Positions 12,429-25,400 of a stretch of DNA of 64,000 nt are shown one piece after another (position 1 is the stretch's first letter; every line of letters begins with the position of its first letter). The DNA is taken from NCBI GenBank assembly GCA_028534125.1, contig CM052817.1, positions 48,238,001-48,302,000 on the forward strand, read 5' to 3'. Made by a program: the position numbers and the translations under genes. The notes beneath the pieces were generated by a model, which was not told the origin of the DNA, ran no database searches, and was given only the letters and a program-made list of their open reading frames with translations. This stretch comes from Lama glama (Eukaryota).

Positions 12429-13408
12429 GCTGGTTTTCCAATCTGCTTTTTAATATTTCCCCTGAAAACTTCATAGCTCACGATGGTCAGTCACAGAAGC
12501 TGGTCCATCTCCGCACATGCAGAATCAGGTAACACTGAGTGAGTGCAAATGTGGGTGTGCCTTTTAGTAACTGTGTGACCTTGGGAAAGTCAGTTAACCT
12601 CTCATTCAGTGTCCTTTAAAATGACCCTAAAACACTTCATAAATGAGTTAGGACATTAAATAAGTTCCCAGAGTAAATAAGTTCGATTCATTACTAAATC
12701 TAAGGTCCCAAAGGTCCAGAGAGTATAGTAGTTATTAACAGTCCCACAAGCCCGAAGGCCGTAACTCTGTCCCCAGGAGCAAATGCATGGGAGTGTCAAC
12801 TGGGGAGACTGGTGATAAGTGCCCAGCAAGGCCGAGGACCAAACTCCTCTCTCCCACCTTTTCCATGTTGAGGAAGAGCATGGAGGCTCAGGGGAGGTGA
12901 CCGATGAAAGCGAAAACTGCTGCAGAGGGTGTTAAGTGCTGAAAAGGGAACGGCTTGCCTGACGCCTCAGACATCCCCCAACTCAGCCTTACATCCACTC
13001 TTTAATTTTTCCAATGGGCCAATCCACGTGCTTTCATGACCATCACATGCTGCTGTTTGTGAGCAGAGTTCCACTGAAGAACGGAACAGTCTCATTCCTA
13101 CCTCAGGAATGCAGCACTGTGTCCATGGGAAGTTTTCTCAGAGTTTAGACTGTTAGGTTCAGGAAAAGGAGGCTTCCTTCTCAACTCTTAACTGTCAACT
13201 GCCCTTTTTTAAGGGCCCTGGTGTGAAAATCAGAAAGGTCCTAAGAGAGGGTTCAGGGGAGAACAGAAAGGCTGGGGCAGCTGCGTAAGAGCCAGGAGGG
13301 CAGCCGTGGGCATGTCCAGCCTGCCCCCTACCCAATCCTCCCCACTGTCAGGTCTTCAGCCAAGAGCCAGCTAAACCAGCAGCCGAGTAAAGAAAGCAGA
13401 GCAAGCAA

Positions 13409-13545
13409 GAGGGTATAGCTCAGGGGCAGCGCGCCTGCTTAGCATGCATGAGGTCCTGGGTTCAACCCCCAATGCCGCCATTAAAATAATAATAATAAAA
13501 TAATAAATAAATAAAATAGACTAATTACTTCCCCTTCAAAAAAAA
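13409..13545 (+). mobile_element. tRNA-Ala-derived SINE (Vic-1-like)
   Basis: GAGGGTATAGCTCAG...CTTAGCATGCATGAGGTCCTGGGTTCAACCCC, then (AAT/AAAT)n, CTAATTACTTCCCC and an A tail. Confidence 0.9.
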
Positions 13546-13699
13546 GCAAAGGGAAGAAGACAAGACAACCCACCAGGTAAAAGGGAAGAAAAGGACTCCT
13601 ATAGCTGGAAACCCATCCTGCAACACGTGCTCTAGCACGTCCAGGCTTAGAAGTGAGTGTATGATGGTCGGATGGCTGCCCCCACTGATGGTTTCTAAA

Positions 13700-14258
13700 T
13701 GGTTTCTCTGCCCCTGAACTCATTCCTCACTTATCCACCCGTTTATAAAACACAATTTGGCATCATCCTCCTTTTAAAGATCATTCAGTATACTGAAGAT
13801 GAAGTGCAAACTGCTCAACATGGAACTGAAGGCTTATCTGAGCTTTCCACATGTAGCTGCTGCCATTCCCACCATTCCAGTCCCTGCACAGGCTCCCATG
13901 CTTCCATGTACATGCTGTTTCCTCTAAACATTGTGTCATTCTAATTAACCCATTCCAGACCCAACTCTCTAGAAAGCGCTCCACATTCTCAGACAAACCC
14001 TTCCCCAAGAAGAGCATGCTTCTTCCTGTTCTCCACTGGCTCCTCCAACATGCCTGCCTCTCACGCAGCCTGTTCAAGGCTGCACCGTCACAATAATTAA
14101 TCTCATGCAACTGGATTGGACACGTCACAGCAGCCGTCCCCACCACATTAGGACTTCTTTGAGAGGGGTATCATCTTTCTAAATTCTTTCTACTTCCAAG
14201 GCCAAGTACAATCATTACACATAATAAGTGCTCATGAAATGGTAATGAATGAATGCAC
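13700..14258 (+). mobile_element. LINE-2 fragment
   Basis: Degenerate L2 body ending in CACATAATAAGTGCTCATGAAAT...AATGAATGAATG. Confidence 0.65.
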
Positions 14259-14619
14259 CAATCAATCAACCAGTGAGGAGCAGGTACAGTGAGGGTACAT
14301 ATATGGTTGGTACTAAGCGCATCTCTGAGTTTAAAGACCCTGAATGTAGTGTTCAAACAACATGAACCCCACACACAATCTAATTTCGAATTACTTGTCT
14401 AGTATTCAACTGAAGAAACAGTGATTTGCTCCAAAGCTAGAGTGGGGAAATGGTATGTTGTATTTATTCCCTGAAAGATGTTATGTCTGTGGATGAATTA
14501 AGGGATTTTTTTAAAGAATAATCTTAACTATTTAATTTTCTCTTTATTGTCTAACTTTAGAACTTAACCCTTCACATAGACTGTAACTGTACTGTATTAT
14601 ACAGAATTAAATTCAAATG

Positions 14620-14835
14620 AGGGGGAGCTCAGTGGTAGAGTGCCTGCTTAATGTGCACAAGGTCCTTGGTTCAATCCCCAGTACCTCCATTAAAAAATAA
14701 TAATAGTAATTTTAAAATAAATAAATAAATAAACCTAATTGCCTCCCCCAAAACAAAAACGACCAAAATAAGCAAAAAAAAAAAAAAAACTAAGTTAAAA
14801 AAAATTGATTGATTCCTTTTACACTAAAAAAAAAA
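14620..14835 (+). mobile_element. tRNA-Ala-derived SINE (Vic-1-like) with extended A-rich tail
   Basis: GGGGGAGCTCAGTGGTAGAGTGCCTGCTT...GGTTCAATCCCCAGTACCTCCA head; imperfect TSD AAATTCAAATGA / AAATTCAAGTAA. Confidence 0.88.
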
Positions 14836-16159
14836 AATTCAAGTAAGAATTTCCCTTTGTCTCCTTTTAAAAAAAAGGTAAAGTGGTACCTAGCTCTGCC
14901 ACATAGTAGGTTCTAAGAAAACGTTTGTTCAATGACTATGTAAATGAATGGACTTAAAAATAAAGTACAGGCTAAACTGCTTTAAAAATCCAGAAAAAGC
15001 AGGAGAAACTATGAGAAAGCTCAATTTTGTCCTCAGGCCTGCAGCTGGACAAATAAAACTCTGTAATGTGTTTAGGCAAACCAATAAAGAAGCTGGATAG
15101 CAACTACCTACAAACGGAAATTAGGATTTGAAATGTCAATATAAACTTTGAGCTCTGGAAATTACAGCCTAACTTTAAATTGATACATAGTCAATGTTAA
15201 TTATCTGAGTAATTAGCACAGGGATAGCACAGATATCCAGAGTTAATTTATACTTTTCATTGGAGTCTGTGATTTTTCATACATTCACTGTGGCCTTTAC
15301 GGTGACCTCAGGTCAGATCCAGGCTGGCAGGTGGATGGGGACTCCCGAGCAGGAGTTTGTTCCAGGACACAGTGCCAGGAGTCATCTGGGTGGCATCTGA
15401 GCAGGTACTGCTCCTTGACCTTCCCACCTCTGACACCCAGAGCTGACACTGGAGGAAGGTGCCTTCCCTTTCCACCTCTACCCAAAGTGGCAGCCACACC
15501 GTTCACATCTTTCATGCTGAACCACCACACCTGCTGGTGAGGATGAGGCTCTCGGCATTTTATTGAGTTCTTGCTACATGCTGGGTGCTGTGCTAAGAGT
15601 TGTGCATGCGTTATTTCATTTGGAATGCTGTCAGATTTTGTCCAGCTGGCTCAACGACAGGACAGAGCTGAAGGTTCTAGCTAAACGATTTCCATACTTA
15701 TAACAATGTAGGGACTGAGATTAGGGACTCTCATCAACAATTAATTCTTTTTAAGTCTCATTTTTAAAACATGTACTACACTGTGCCAGGTATTACGCTA
15801 AGCACTTGACAGTGCTTGTTTGATTCAATCTTCATGGCAACCCCATAAGGTAAAAACTTTTAATGTACCCATTTAGAGTTGTAATTTGAAGTTAATAATT
15901 TACCCCAAATCACACAATAAGCATGACAAGAAGACCAGGCAGGAAGTTTAACTTAACTACTCTCCCATACCTCTTCATAATTAACTAATCCCTGCCCATC
16001 AGGCATTACCTTCAAGAATTTTCTTTCCTATTATGTAACTTCAATATGCCTTCTTATAACTTCAAATTGTAACACTCACACTCATCATTTTCTCTTTCTT
16101 GGTGTTTCTACTGGCCAAAAGTTGAAGCATCCCTAACAGGCTTCCCGAATAAATGTTTT

Positions 16160-16420
16160 TATTTTTACTTAGCAAACACTTAGGTTAAGCTGACTATGTG
16201 CCAGTCACTGATGTAACTGCATCTACAAATACTATGAGTACATTTAATTCTCACACAACAATCTACTGAGGTATGTACCATCTTTATCATCATCTCTGAG
16301 GCACAGAGAGATTAAGTAACTTGCCCAAAGTCACACAGCTAATAACTGTCAAAGTCAGGATTCAAACCCAGGTGGGTCTAGCTCCACAAGTCTGTGCTCT
16401 TAACCACTACATGTCACACT
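16160..16420 (-). mobile_element. MIR SINE
   Basis: CTGAGGCACAGAGAGATTAAGTAACTTGCCCAAAGTCACACAGCT...GGATTCAAACCCAGG...CTCTTAACCACTAC. Confidence 0.9.
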
Positions 16421-17094
16421 GCCTCTCTTTAGCTGATTTGATTAATCTGTTCCTAATCTCTTTAGGAACCCAGGATCACAAATACCAAATAGACCTTTGG
16501 TGAAAGAGCAGACTCATCAGAACACCTACAGACCCTTGACATTCATGAAACACCTCTTCCCCAACCCTGCTTTGCAAATGCCCAAATTCACCAATATTAC
16601 TGCAATATATAAATTCAGATATGATGTGTGGTCAAGTGTAACTATATGAGTTTCTGAATCCCTGAGGAAAAGGTTACCAGGATGACCTGCAGTGCAGGGC
16701 CATCCACCAGGCTCAGTCTAGGTTCACCACTGGTGCAGGAGACCATCTCAAGTTTTCCTTTACAAAGTGCAAATGACTACATGGTATGACTCTTCAGGGA
16801 TGCCAGCAAATAGCCAAAATCACAACTGTCAGATTCACATGTGCCAGGGATGCACTGTACCAAAAGCCCAAAGAATATATCACTCACCATATGGGTTACA
16901 CTACTAAGCGGAAACACTACTTCATCAATTTTATAAGCACAGTTCACTGTTACATGAACAATGAAGATATTTCTCTAGTCTATGTCCCCTTACTGATGTC
17001 TCTTTCCACAATATTGTTCAAAGTTTACCCTTCCTTTTGCTCAAGGAATCTCTCAGTGCATACTTGTGATCAAATTTTCCAAAGTTTACCTCAT

Positions 17095-17610
17095 CTACTC
17101 ATTCATTTAACCGGTTTATTGAGTGTCTACTCTGAATAGGCCTTATTCTAGACACGAAGGATAAATCCATATTGGGGAAATAGACAAAACAAAATTTAAA
17201 AGTAAATTGTATAATACGTTAGGTGATACTGCTATGGAAAAAACGTAAGCAAGGAAGAAATTTAGGGAGTGCTGGTGGACAAAGCAGGGCAGGGGTCAGT
17301 TTTAAACAGGCAGTTTAGGAAAGCCTCACTGAGTGACACTCTGAGTGAAGACCTGAAGGAGGTGAGGAAGTGATTATTAGAGAAAACAGCAAGTGCAAAG
17401 GCCCTGAGGCAGGAGAGAGTCTGGTTGGCCATCTCAGAACATCAGAGGCCAGCATCTAGAGCAGAGTGAATAAGGACGGTAGGAGATACGGTGAGAGAGG
17501 TCAAGGTAAAGGACAGGCAGGCTGCATGGCCTAGGAGGCTATGCACAGGGCTTCGACATTTACTCTGAGCAACTAGAAACCACTGGGAGGTTCTGAGCAA
17601 CAGTAACATT
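17095..17610 (-). mobile_element. LINE-2 fragment
   Basis: CTCATTCATTTAAC...TTTATTGAGTGTCTAC and AACAGCAAGTGCAAAGGCCCTGAGGCAGGA. Confidence 0.85.
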
Positions 17611-18430
17611 TCCTCAAGCTTACAGTCTTCTTCACTTTTTAAATCTTTGTCATTATATAAACAATTCCATTAAGGATCTTCCTGGAACCTACTTCTACTC
17701 AGAAGGTCTTCCTGGGACCACTGCACAGAAGTTCCAGGCAGGGTCTGCTGGGGCAGCATCCTACAGCAGCCAAGCCTGAGCCTGGCCCAGTCCTCTGTCT
17801 GCAGATCAAAGAATGGACTGACCCATCTTAAAAGACTTTATCCCCAGCGTTCCGCACCTGCACACTGACCTCAGCCTCATAAAGGTGCTAAGCAACATGT
17901 CAGCCCTCTGAACTAAGGCCAATCAGCATTAACTTATCCACCTAATCTGTGTTAACTTCTGCCAAACTAAGCCTCCAAGTTTATGACTTATGTAGTTGCC
18001 ACCTAGGTCCTCACCTACCTAACTGTGCCCCAGGGATGGCAATGCTTAGCGCCAGAAGATGCCAAAGCAGATGACTAATACGTAGACATCAGGAGAACAG
18101 CATGAAATTGATTTGTTGGTGGCTATTTAACAGCCATGATTCAAATCTATGCTCTGAATATGTTTTAAAATGTTGCTTTTAAGTGTAAACTTTCTGGATT
18201 AACTTTGTGAGAACAGGAAGGACACAGAAAGACTGCAAATTCCCCCGTTACACCTATTTATGGTATTTGAGGAGGAAATGTCCTCAGCCCCATCCCTTGC
18301 CTAAGAGTGGAAGAAATGCTTGTTTGGCTCTAGTGGCTTCTTAGCAAGGAGCAGGTCACTCCGCGTAAGCAAGGTCCTCCCCAACTTAAAAACACCCTCT
18401 TTAATTCTGGTAGATAAAAAGAAACTTCAT

Positions 18431-18535
18431 TGTGCTGCACACAAGAAATTGACACAAAATTGTAAGCTGACTATACTGCAATTTTTAAAAAGTATAAAAT
18501 ACAATAGACAAAAATAAATAAATAAATAAAAATAA
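18431..18535 (+). mobile_element. Short LINE-1 3' terminal fragment
   Basis: TGTGCTGCACACAAGAAATTGACACAAAATTGTAAGCTGACTATACTGCAAT + (AAAT)n, matching the ends of the copies at 40811 and 53349. Confidence 0.8.
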
Positions 18536-18759
18536 CAGCATCTTATCAGAACATTAGAAACCACAGCCATGATTCTAAAATTTCAGTGATCTACATTTGG
18601 TATTGTTTCGGCCACTGCATTCTTCAATTAGTAAATTAGTGCTATAATTTCCAGAATTAAGTCTCAAGTCTTTTTCAATAGATCTTAAATTCTTTTCACA
18701 CTCAATAATGAGTAAATGGCTCTTTTCAAATGAAAAAAGAAAAAAGAAACCTACAAAAT

Positions 18760-19170
18760 ATAACTATCAAATGCAGTATGCAGGTTGAGATCCTGATATA
18801 GGCAAAATCAACTGTCTAAAAAATTTTTTGAGACAATTAAGGAAGCTTAAATATTAATTGGGTATTAGCTGATGATACTAAGGAATGATTGTTAATGCTA
18901 TCAGGTATGACAATGACATAGGGGTTACATTTTTTAATGTCTATATTCCTTAGAAATATTTAATTAATTTGTGAAATGATATGATGCAGCATTTACTTTA
19001 AAATATTCCAGTAAAAAAATAAAAGGGGGTGGGCAGTAAAATGTGTGACACAAGACTGGAGATATATTGTGAATGTCAGAGCTGGGTAATGGGTAGATGG
19101 AAGTTCATTGTACTAGTCTCTCCTCTTCTGTTGATATTGGAAATCTTTCAAACTAAAAAGCTTTAAAAAT
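18760..19170 (+). mobile_element. Old LINE-1 (L1MC/L1ME-like) 3' UTR
   Basis: GATGATACTAAGGAATGATTGTTAAT..., GAGCTGGGTAATGGGTAGATGGAAGTTCATTGTACTAGTCTCTC. Confidence 0.7.
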
Positions 19171-21519
19171 CATTTTTTTCGAACTACCCTATATGAACCT
19201 CCCTCCTTCTACACTCAATGCATTCCAGAAAACATGTTAATATAAAAATTAGAACAAATATATTTACATGTTATAAAGACAGTTCTGTTCCCAAAGATTA
19301 AAAAGCTCTAATGCTCACACTCAAGTCCTTCATTTTAGACATAATAAATTTAAATGCATACGAAGTATTGCAACATGTTTTTTCTTTTCCTTCACACCTT
19401 AATTCACAGGCTCTCATCCAAAGAGTACTGGATTGACTTTGGCATGCCTAAGACTTTCCAGCTTAGTCAAAACAAAGCGAAGTTTATGGTACCTATGTTT
19501 CTTAGTATTAGCATCAGCATTTAAAAATTTTCCCCTCATCTGTGTAAAGGTGCATGGTAAAATGCAACAGAGCATTCAAATATCTGCAGCAACAAACAGT
19601 GAGGTGCAAATAAACCTGGTGATGCTGACAAAACAGAACTGCAGGCTCTGTGAGATGCCTCTGTGAATTCACCACAAGTCTCTGAAGGAACACAAGCCCC
19701 ATTTGAAAGATCAATTACTGGGTTTCTTATTTATCAAAGCATAGTTTATATGAAAGCTGAAACTACAAAAGTCAGGTCTTGCCTGACATACAAATGTTTG
19801 ATGTATAAGACAGTGAGCTTTCTTTGGGACCCTGGAAGAGCAAAAAGTAGCCCCCAAACCACCACAATCCCTTATACTGTTAGACACTGGTGAGGTACAA
19901 GGCAAGAGTGGACGAAGGATGTTCTGGTGACACCACATTCTCTTCTTGCCAAACACAGGACACATATTTTTCCCAAAGAAGCAATATTGTATTTGTTGGT
20001 TACATTCCAAAGCCAACTCACAAAAATCTATTTACTGCAAATGTGGCCAAAGTATAGTAATAATAATAAAAGCTAATACAATAAGTGCTTTGTATGAATT
20101 ATTTAAAACTTATTACCAGTCCATGAAATAAGTGCTATTAATAACCTCATTTTATGGACAATGAAATTGAGACTTAAAGACATAAGCAGTTAAGGGCATA
20201 TAGTGATGTAATCTATATACGTTATCAGCTAATAGAATTGAAATAACTAATAACAGTATAGCACTAAAAGCATTGTTTTGCTAGAGAATGAATGAAATAG
20301 GCTTCTGTGGGCTCGAAAAGAATCTTAAGCATCATTCTAATACTGTTTTCTATGAGGAAATACATTTTGAGATTCAAATAACCATATATAATGACTGCAT
20401 TCCAAAAATGAGTTGGAAGCAGCATGTATTTGGTTAGAAAGGTCATCAAACAAATAACCAAAATTAGAGGATAAATAGCAGCGTTATCTCTAATAGATAA
20501 TCACAAATAAAACTAACCACAATCAGTTGAGACAAACCTACTCCAAGAAAAAATTACATACACATATTGTCTAAGGCAAGTAACTACATTTTCTTTTCTC
20601 CTTATCTCAAAAATCAATTATCTGGATAAACACATAACAGCTAAAGACCAAAGTAAAACATCAGTCAGTTCTTAAAAGATCTCTTCTGCGTCATAACATT
20701 CCCTCTCTAGAGATTTGGGACTTGCTTGTGAACTGTTACCAACTTGAATCAATTTCACTAGTTAAAAAGAAAGAATTACTTCTTTACTGAAGCATCAGAA
20801 GACAATTCCCTTTGTGAAGAAGAGTCTCAGAAGAAGTTAAGATTACCTTCTCTCCAACGTCCATTCGTTTTAACTTTCACAGTCCTCCCAGCTTACTAGA
20901 TGGAGCCAAGCTGAAAAGGAAGAGCCCGAAACAGTGCGAAGTCAGACTGTCACCGCCCCGTTCCAGCCTTGACAGAGTCCTCCGAGTCTGTTCTGTAAGT
21001 CTCCCTGCCTGTGCTAACAGTTCTATAAAACCAAGAGTCAACACCAGGAAAGACTGGCTAAGGACAAATGATGGCACTCACACCAAAGGGAAGCGATGAC
21101 CAGCTAAGCATTGCCTGTTGCTGCTACATTCACAGAATCATTCTGTTTACGATGGGCTTTGAAAGGCAAGCGTAGAATAAGCACCTACAGATAAAAAACA
21201 ACCTGCAAGCCTATATAGATGCAGTTTTGTTAGTAGCCAAATCATTTACTGCTTCATTACACTACTGACTTGCACTGTTTGGTCACTGGCCCAAGCATTT
21301 GTAGAAACATCTTATTCACTCTTAGTAAGGATTAAGTCTACTTAAGGAAAGAAACTTTGATGTCTGGACAAATCTGGAGTAGTATTCTGTGTCCAATTTT
21401 GATCCTCTAAAAAAAAAATCAGTAAGGAATTTTTATATGATTAAAAATTAAAATTAAAATTATATATTCTATAATAATATTTATACATAAGTATTTATTT
21501 ATTTAATTATAAATAAATA

Positions 21520-21937
21520 AAAATTTCTTAAATGGGCAGAAGATCTGAATAGACATTTTTCAGAAGATATACAAATGGCCAACAGGCACATGAAAAGATG
21601 CTCAATGTCACTAATACTAGAGAAATGCAAATCAAAAAGTCTACAAACAACAAATATTGGCAAGGATATTTGTGGAGAAAAGGGAACGCTAGTACATTGT
21701 TGGTGGGAATGTAAATTGGTGCAGCCACCATGGAAAACAGTATGGAAGGTCCTCAAAAAACTAAAAATAGAACTACCAAGAGTACGATCCAGCAATTCCA
21801 TTCCTGGATATATAGCTGAAGAAAATGAAAACACTAATTCTAAGAGACATGAACTCCCTTGCTCATAGCAGCATTATATACAATTGCCAAGGAAGCCACC
21901 TAGGTGTCCATCAACAGACGAATGCATAAAGATGTGA

Positions 21938-21976
<39 letters not shown>

Positions 21977-22425
21977 AAATGGAATATTATTCAGCCATAA
22001 AAAGAATGAAATTCTGCCATCTGCAACAACATGGATGGGCCTGAAGGCTATTATGCTTAGTGAATAAGTCAGACAGATAAAGACAAATATGGTGTGACAT
22101 AACTTATATGTGGAATTTAAAAAATAAAACAAACTAGTGAGTATAATAAAACAAAAACAGACTCATAGAGAACAAACCAGTGGTTACCAGTGGGGAGAAG
22201 GAAGAGGGGATGGGCAAGACAGGGATAGGGGATTAAGAGGTACAACTATTATGTATAAAATAAGTGAGTTACAAGGGTATATTGTACAGCACAGAGAATA
22301 CACTTAACATTTTACAATAATTTCACATGAGGTATAGAGTATAATCTATGAAAATATTAAATCACTATGCTATACAACTGAAACTCATATAATGTTGTAA
22401 GTCAACTATACTTCAATTTTTAAAA
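21520..22425 (+). mobile_element. LINE-1 fragment: degenerate ORF2 Cys-rich C-terminus plus 3' UTR, with internal (TA)(GA)n
   Basis: Translation [10 protein letters not shown]...[35 protein letters not shown] is diagnostic of L1 ORF2p; frameshifts and deletions; ends ACTATACTTCAAT. Confidence 0.93.
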
Positions 22426-25400
22426 AGAAATTTTATAAAGTAATTCAAGTTATGTATGAATTCTCTAAGTCTCAATGTCCTCATCTGAAAAATGGTTTAG
22501 TAATACCTACACTGCTCAGTTGTGGTGAAGTTACAAGACAACATGCACAAAGCCACACTGCTTGGCCTGGAGCGAGGGGGCCGACCACCCCAGCAGCGAG
22601 TATTACTGTGCAGCAAGGTCCTTAACTTCTCCCAGACAGGCACGAGTCCACGAAGGTCACACTGCTAGCAACTGGCAGAGAGGAAATTCAAACCCATCTC
22701 TGCCTGATTCCAGTGCCTTCATGCCATGCCTCCGCCCCTGCATGGGATAGGAGGAATAACCAGGCAGTTCTTCCAAAGTCTTTTCTAAGCTTATGAGTCC
22801 CAGGGTGGGAGCCAGGAACAAAGGATGAGAGAGTTTCCCTCCTGTAAACCTTATGCGAAGGGCAGGGGCATCAAGGAAAGAGGTCAGCAGGCACATACCT
22901 CTCAATATGCCAGAGGTCAATTTGTCAACCTGTTGGTGATACTCAGAGGACTCACTGGGAAAATGGCTGGAAACAAGCCAGCAGAGTATTTTTAAAAGGT
23001 GGTCACCCTGTGAAACACAGACCTGCCAAAGACACAGAACTTTGGTAACTAAGGAAAATTTGGAAAATGACTTCAAATGCCAATGTTTTTAAATCGGAAT
23101 AAAAGAAAAATAAAAAATAGAAGTGACAGAGGGATGGAAGCAAGAAAAAAAAGAAAAAAAAATGCATCCCAGGGCCTTCACTAAAATAGCTAATTTTCTG
23201 AAATTAATGATTTCCTAAAATAGAAATGACAAACTTGGTAGATGAGCAATAATAATTTCTCTTGTATAATAAAACTACTGACTCTGTATGAAAGCTAAAG
23301 AATTATCAATAATGATAATTACACGTACACTTGTTACGCACCCACTGTGCTCTGGTCCCTGTAAATGGTTCACTTGTGAGCTTTACAATAATGTACAAGC
23401 CCCAAAGTTACCATTAGCTCCATTTTATTTAGGAAGTCACCTAGTCTCAGAGAGATGAAGGGAAAGGCCCCAGAAAGCAGAGCCTAAGAGAGGAAATTCA
23501 CACTCAGATCCTTCTGACCTGAATCATCACCCTCACTGGCTGTGAAAGTGCCCAGCACAGGGTCCATCTGCTGTGTCCCCCAACCTTAGTGACCAGGGAA
23601 AGGTATGAGGTGGATGGAGGGTCCTGGAGGAGCAGACCCGGAGTTATCAGTGGAAGAGCATCACCTGCTCCTCAGGGACTAAACCAATGATGCCGAAAAT
23701 AGTGACACTGAGAGCATGTATTGATCATTCTAAATGGGTGCCATTATGACAATAAGTTGTTTGGAAAGCACAACAATCTGCACTTTGGACAGGACCAGAA
23801 GACAAAGTTCTTAGTAAACAAAAAAGCAGTAAAGAACAAATTAATGAATTCTCCACCCTCCCCCCACCAAAAAAAACAAAAAAACAAAAAAAACAAGCCC
23901 ATCTGTGATGTTTTAGTCTACAACTGACAGGACTAACCAGAGGACGGGACAGACAAAATGACTTCCAGAGTGCCAAGATACCACCGCAATCATCTAGGGT
24001 ATTTCTTGCAAGGTGCTCAAAGAGTTCACACAATTTATTCTCTCAGCCTGCTTAATAGCTAATACGAAGATAGGTATTTTATTGAGTCTAGATTAGAGAT
24101 GAGACAGTTCAGACAAAAGGAAGTTCCAAACACATGAAGAGATCACAGCAGAAACAAAATCATAACCCATGCTCCCAGTAAAGAATGTATTTGACTGAGA
24201 AGTGCTACCTGGTCAACCGTGACTCCTGATGGTCCCCAGCCAGTGTGCTGGGATCACATTGCAGGTGGGCTGAGACATCCAACCCTCACTCCAGGGGGCT
24301 AGCAGGCAGGGCTCCAGGCCCGTCACCTTCAGCAACAAGATGTCTAGACTGTTGACCCCAGAGTACCGTACAAATATTATTACTTCCTAAGCATTCTATG
24401 ACATGACGAAGATTCAGAAGCATTAGTAAATGAATCCAAACTTCTTTTTTCTCTTGCTCACCAACTTTTTGATCAAGAGATGTTAACAGCTTAGAAAATC
24501 CACAGTGCACCTGGAGCAGCATGAATAACCATTCCCCTTCAGTCCCTTCCCCTTCTCCACGGGGCCATTATTTTTCTAACAGCTGTTGGCCGGCGTCATC
24601 CTAGGCTGAGGATGACACACTTTCTGAAGTACTGTGTACAGGGCTGCGTAAACCAAGGGAGGCGGCCACAGCTGAAGGCCCTTCGGCACCCCTCAGCCCG
24701 GGGTCAGCTGATGTCAGAGAGGGAACCCCACGCAGTTCAGTTCTCCACACGGGACACTCACAGAGTGTACAGGGATGCATCTGGGTGCCTGGGGGCCACA
24801 TGGAGAAAATGATTGAGGACTGAGTGCCAATTGCGAGGGAGCAACCTGAGTGGGAGCAGAAAAGAGGGAGGTTTCCTTCCTCTTCTTCCATCTTTCCCTG
24901 CATCTGTCAATGCCATCGGCAGGACAGCCATGGAAATGACTGTTCATTAGGAGAACTGGCGTGCGGTGAAAATCCAGTTCTCCACAGCAGAATGGGCCTG
25001 CGTGCAGGCAAAAGAGGCCCCTGCCTTCCAGCCCACCAGCCTGGAAGCAGAGCTCACCTGTGTCTGCAAATCCCAAAAATAAGAACAGAGCCCTCTACTT
25101 CTGCTTTACTAACTCCTTGTAACACATCAAGAGCTGCCTCACAGGCCAATAGGAGGCAAGGAGGCAAAATCAGGATTACTGCTAGTAATGAGAATAAAAG
25201 AAGGTACAAATTAGACGCAAGTCAGTCACACAGGGCACGGAGGACAAGACCGAATTCTGAGCTGTCGTCAGGCCTTAGACTCAGTTCTCACTTTTTTACC
25301 ATTTTGGAATACAGGCCACCACCTCCGCAGTCGCCCCCTCCACCTCTGCCTCACGCTTCCACATCCCACAGTTTTTCAACCCCAACATAGCCCTGCCCCG

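Noticed and set aside
17109..17116. Perfect GRHL palindrome AACCGGTT
   Set aside because: A single 8-mer inside an L2 remnant; about chance level in a window this size.
21575..21868. 97-aa Cys-containing ORF
   Set aside because: Degenerate LINE-1 ORF2 C-terminus, not a host gene.
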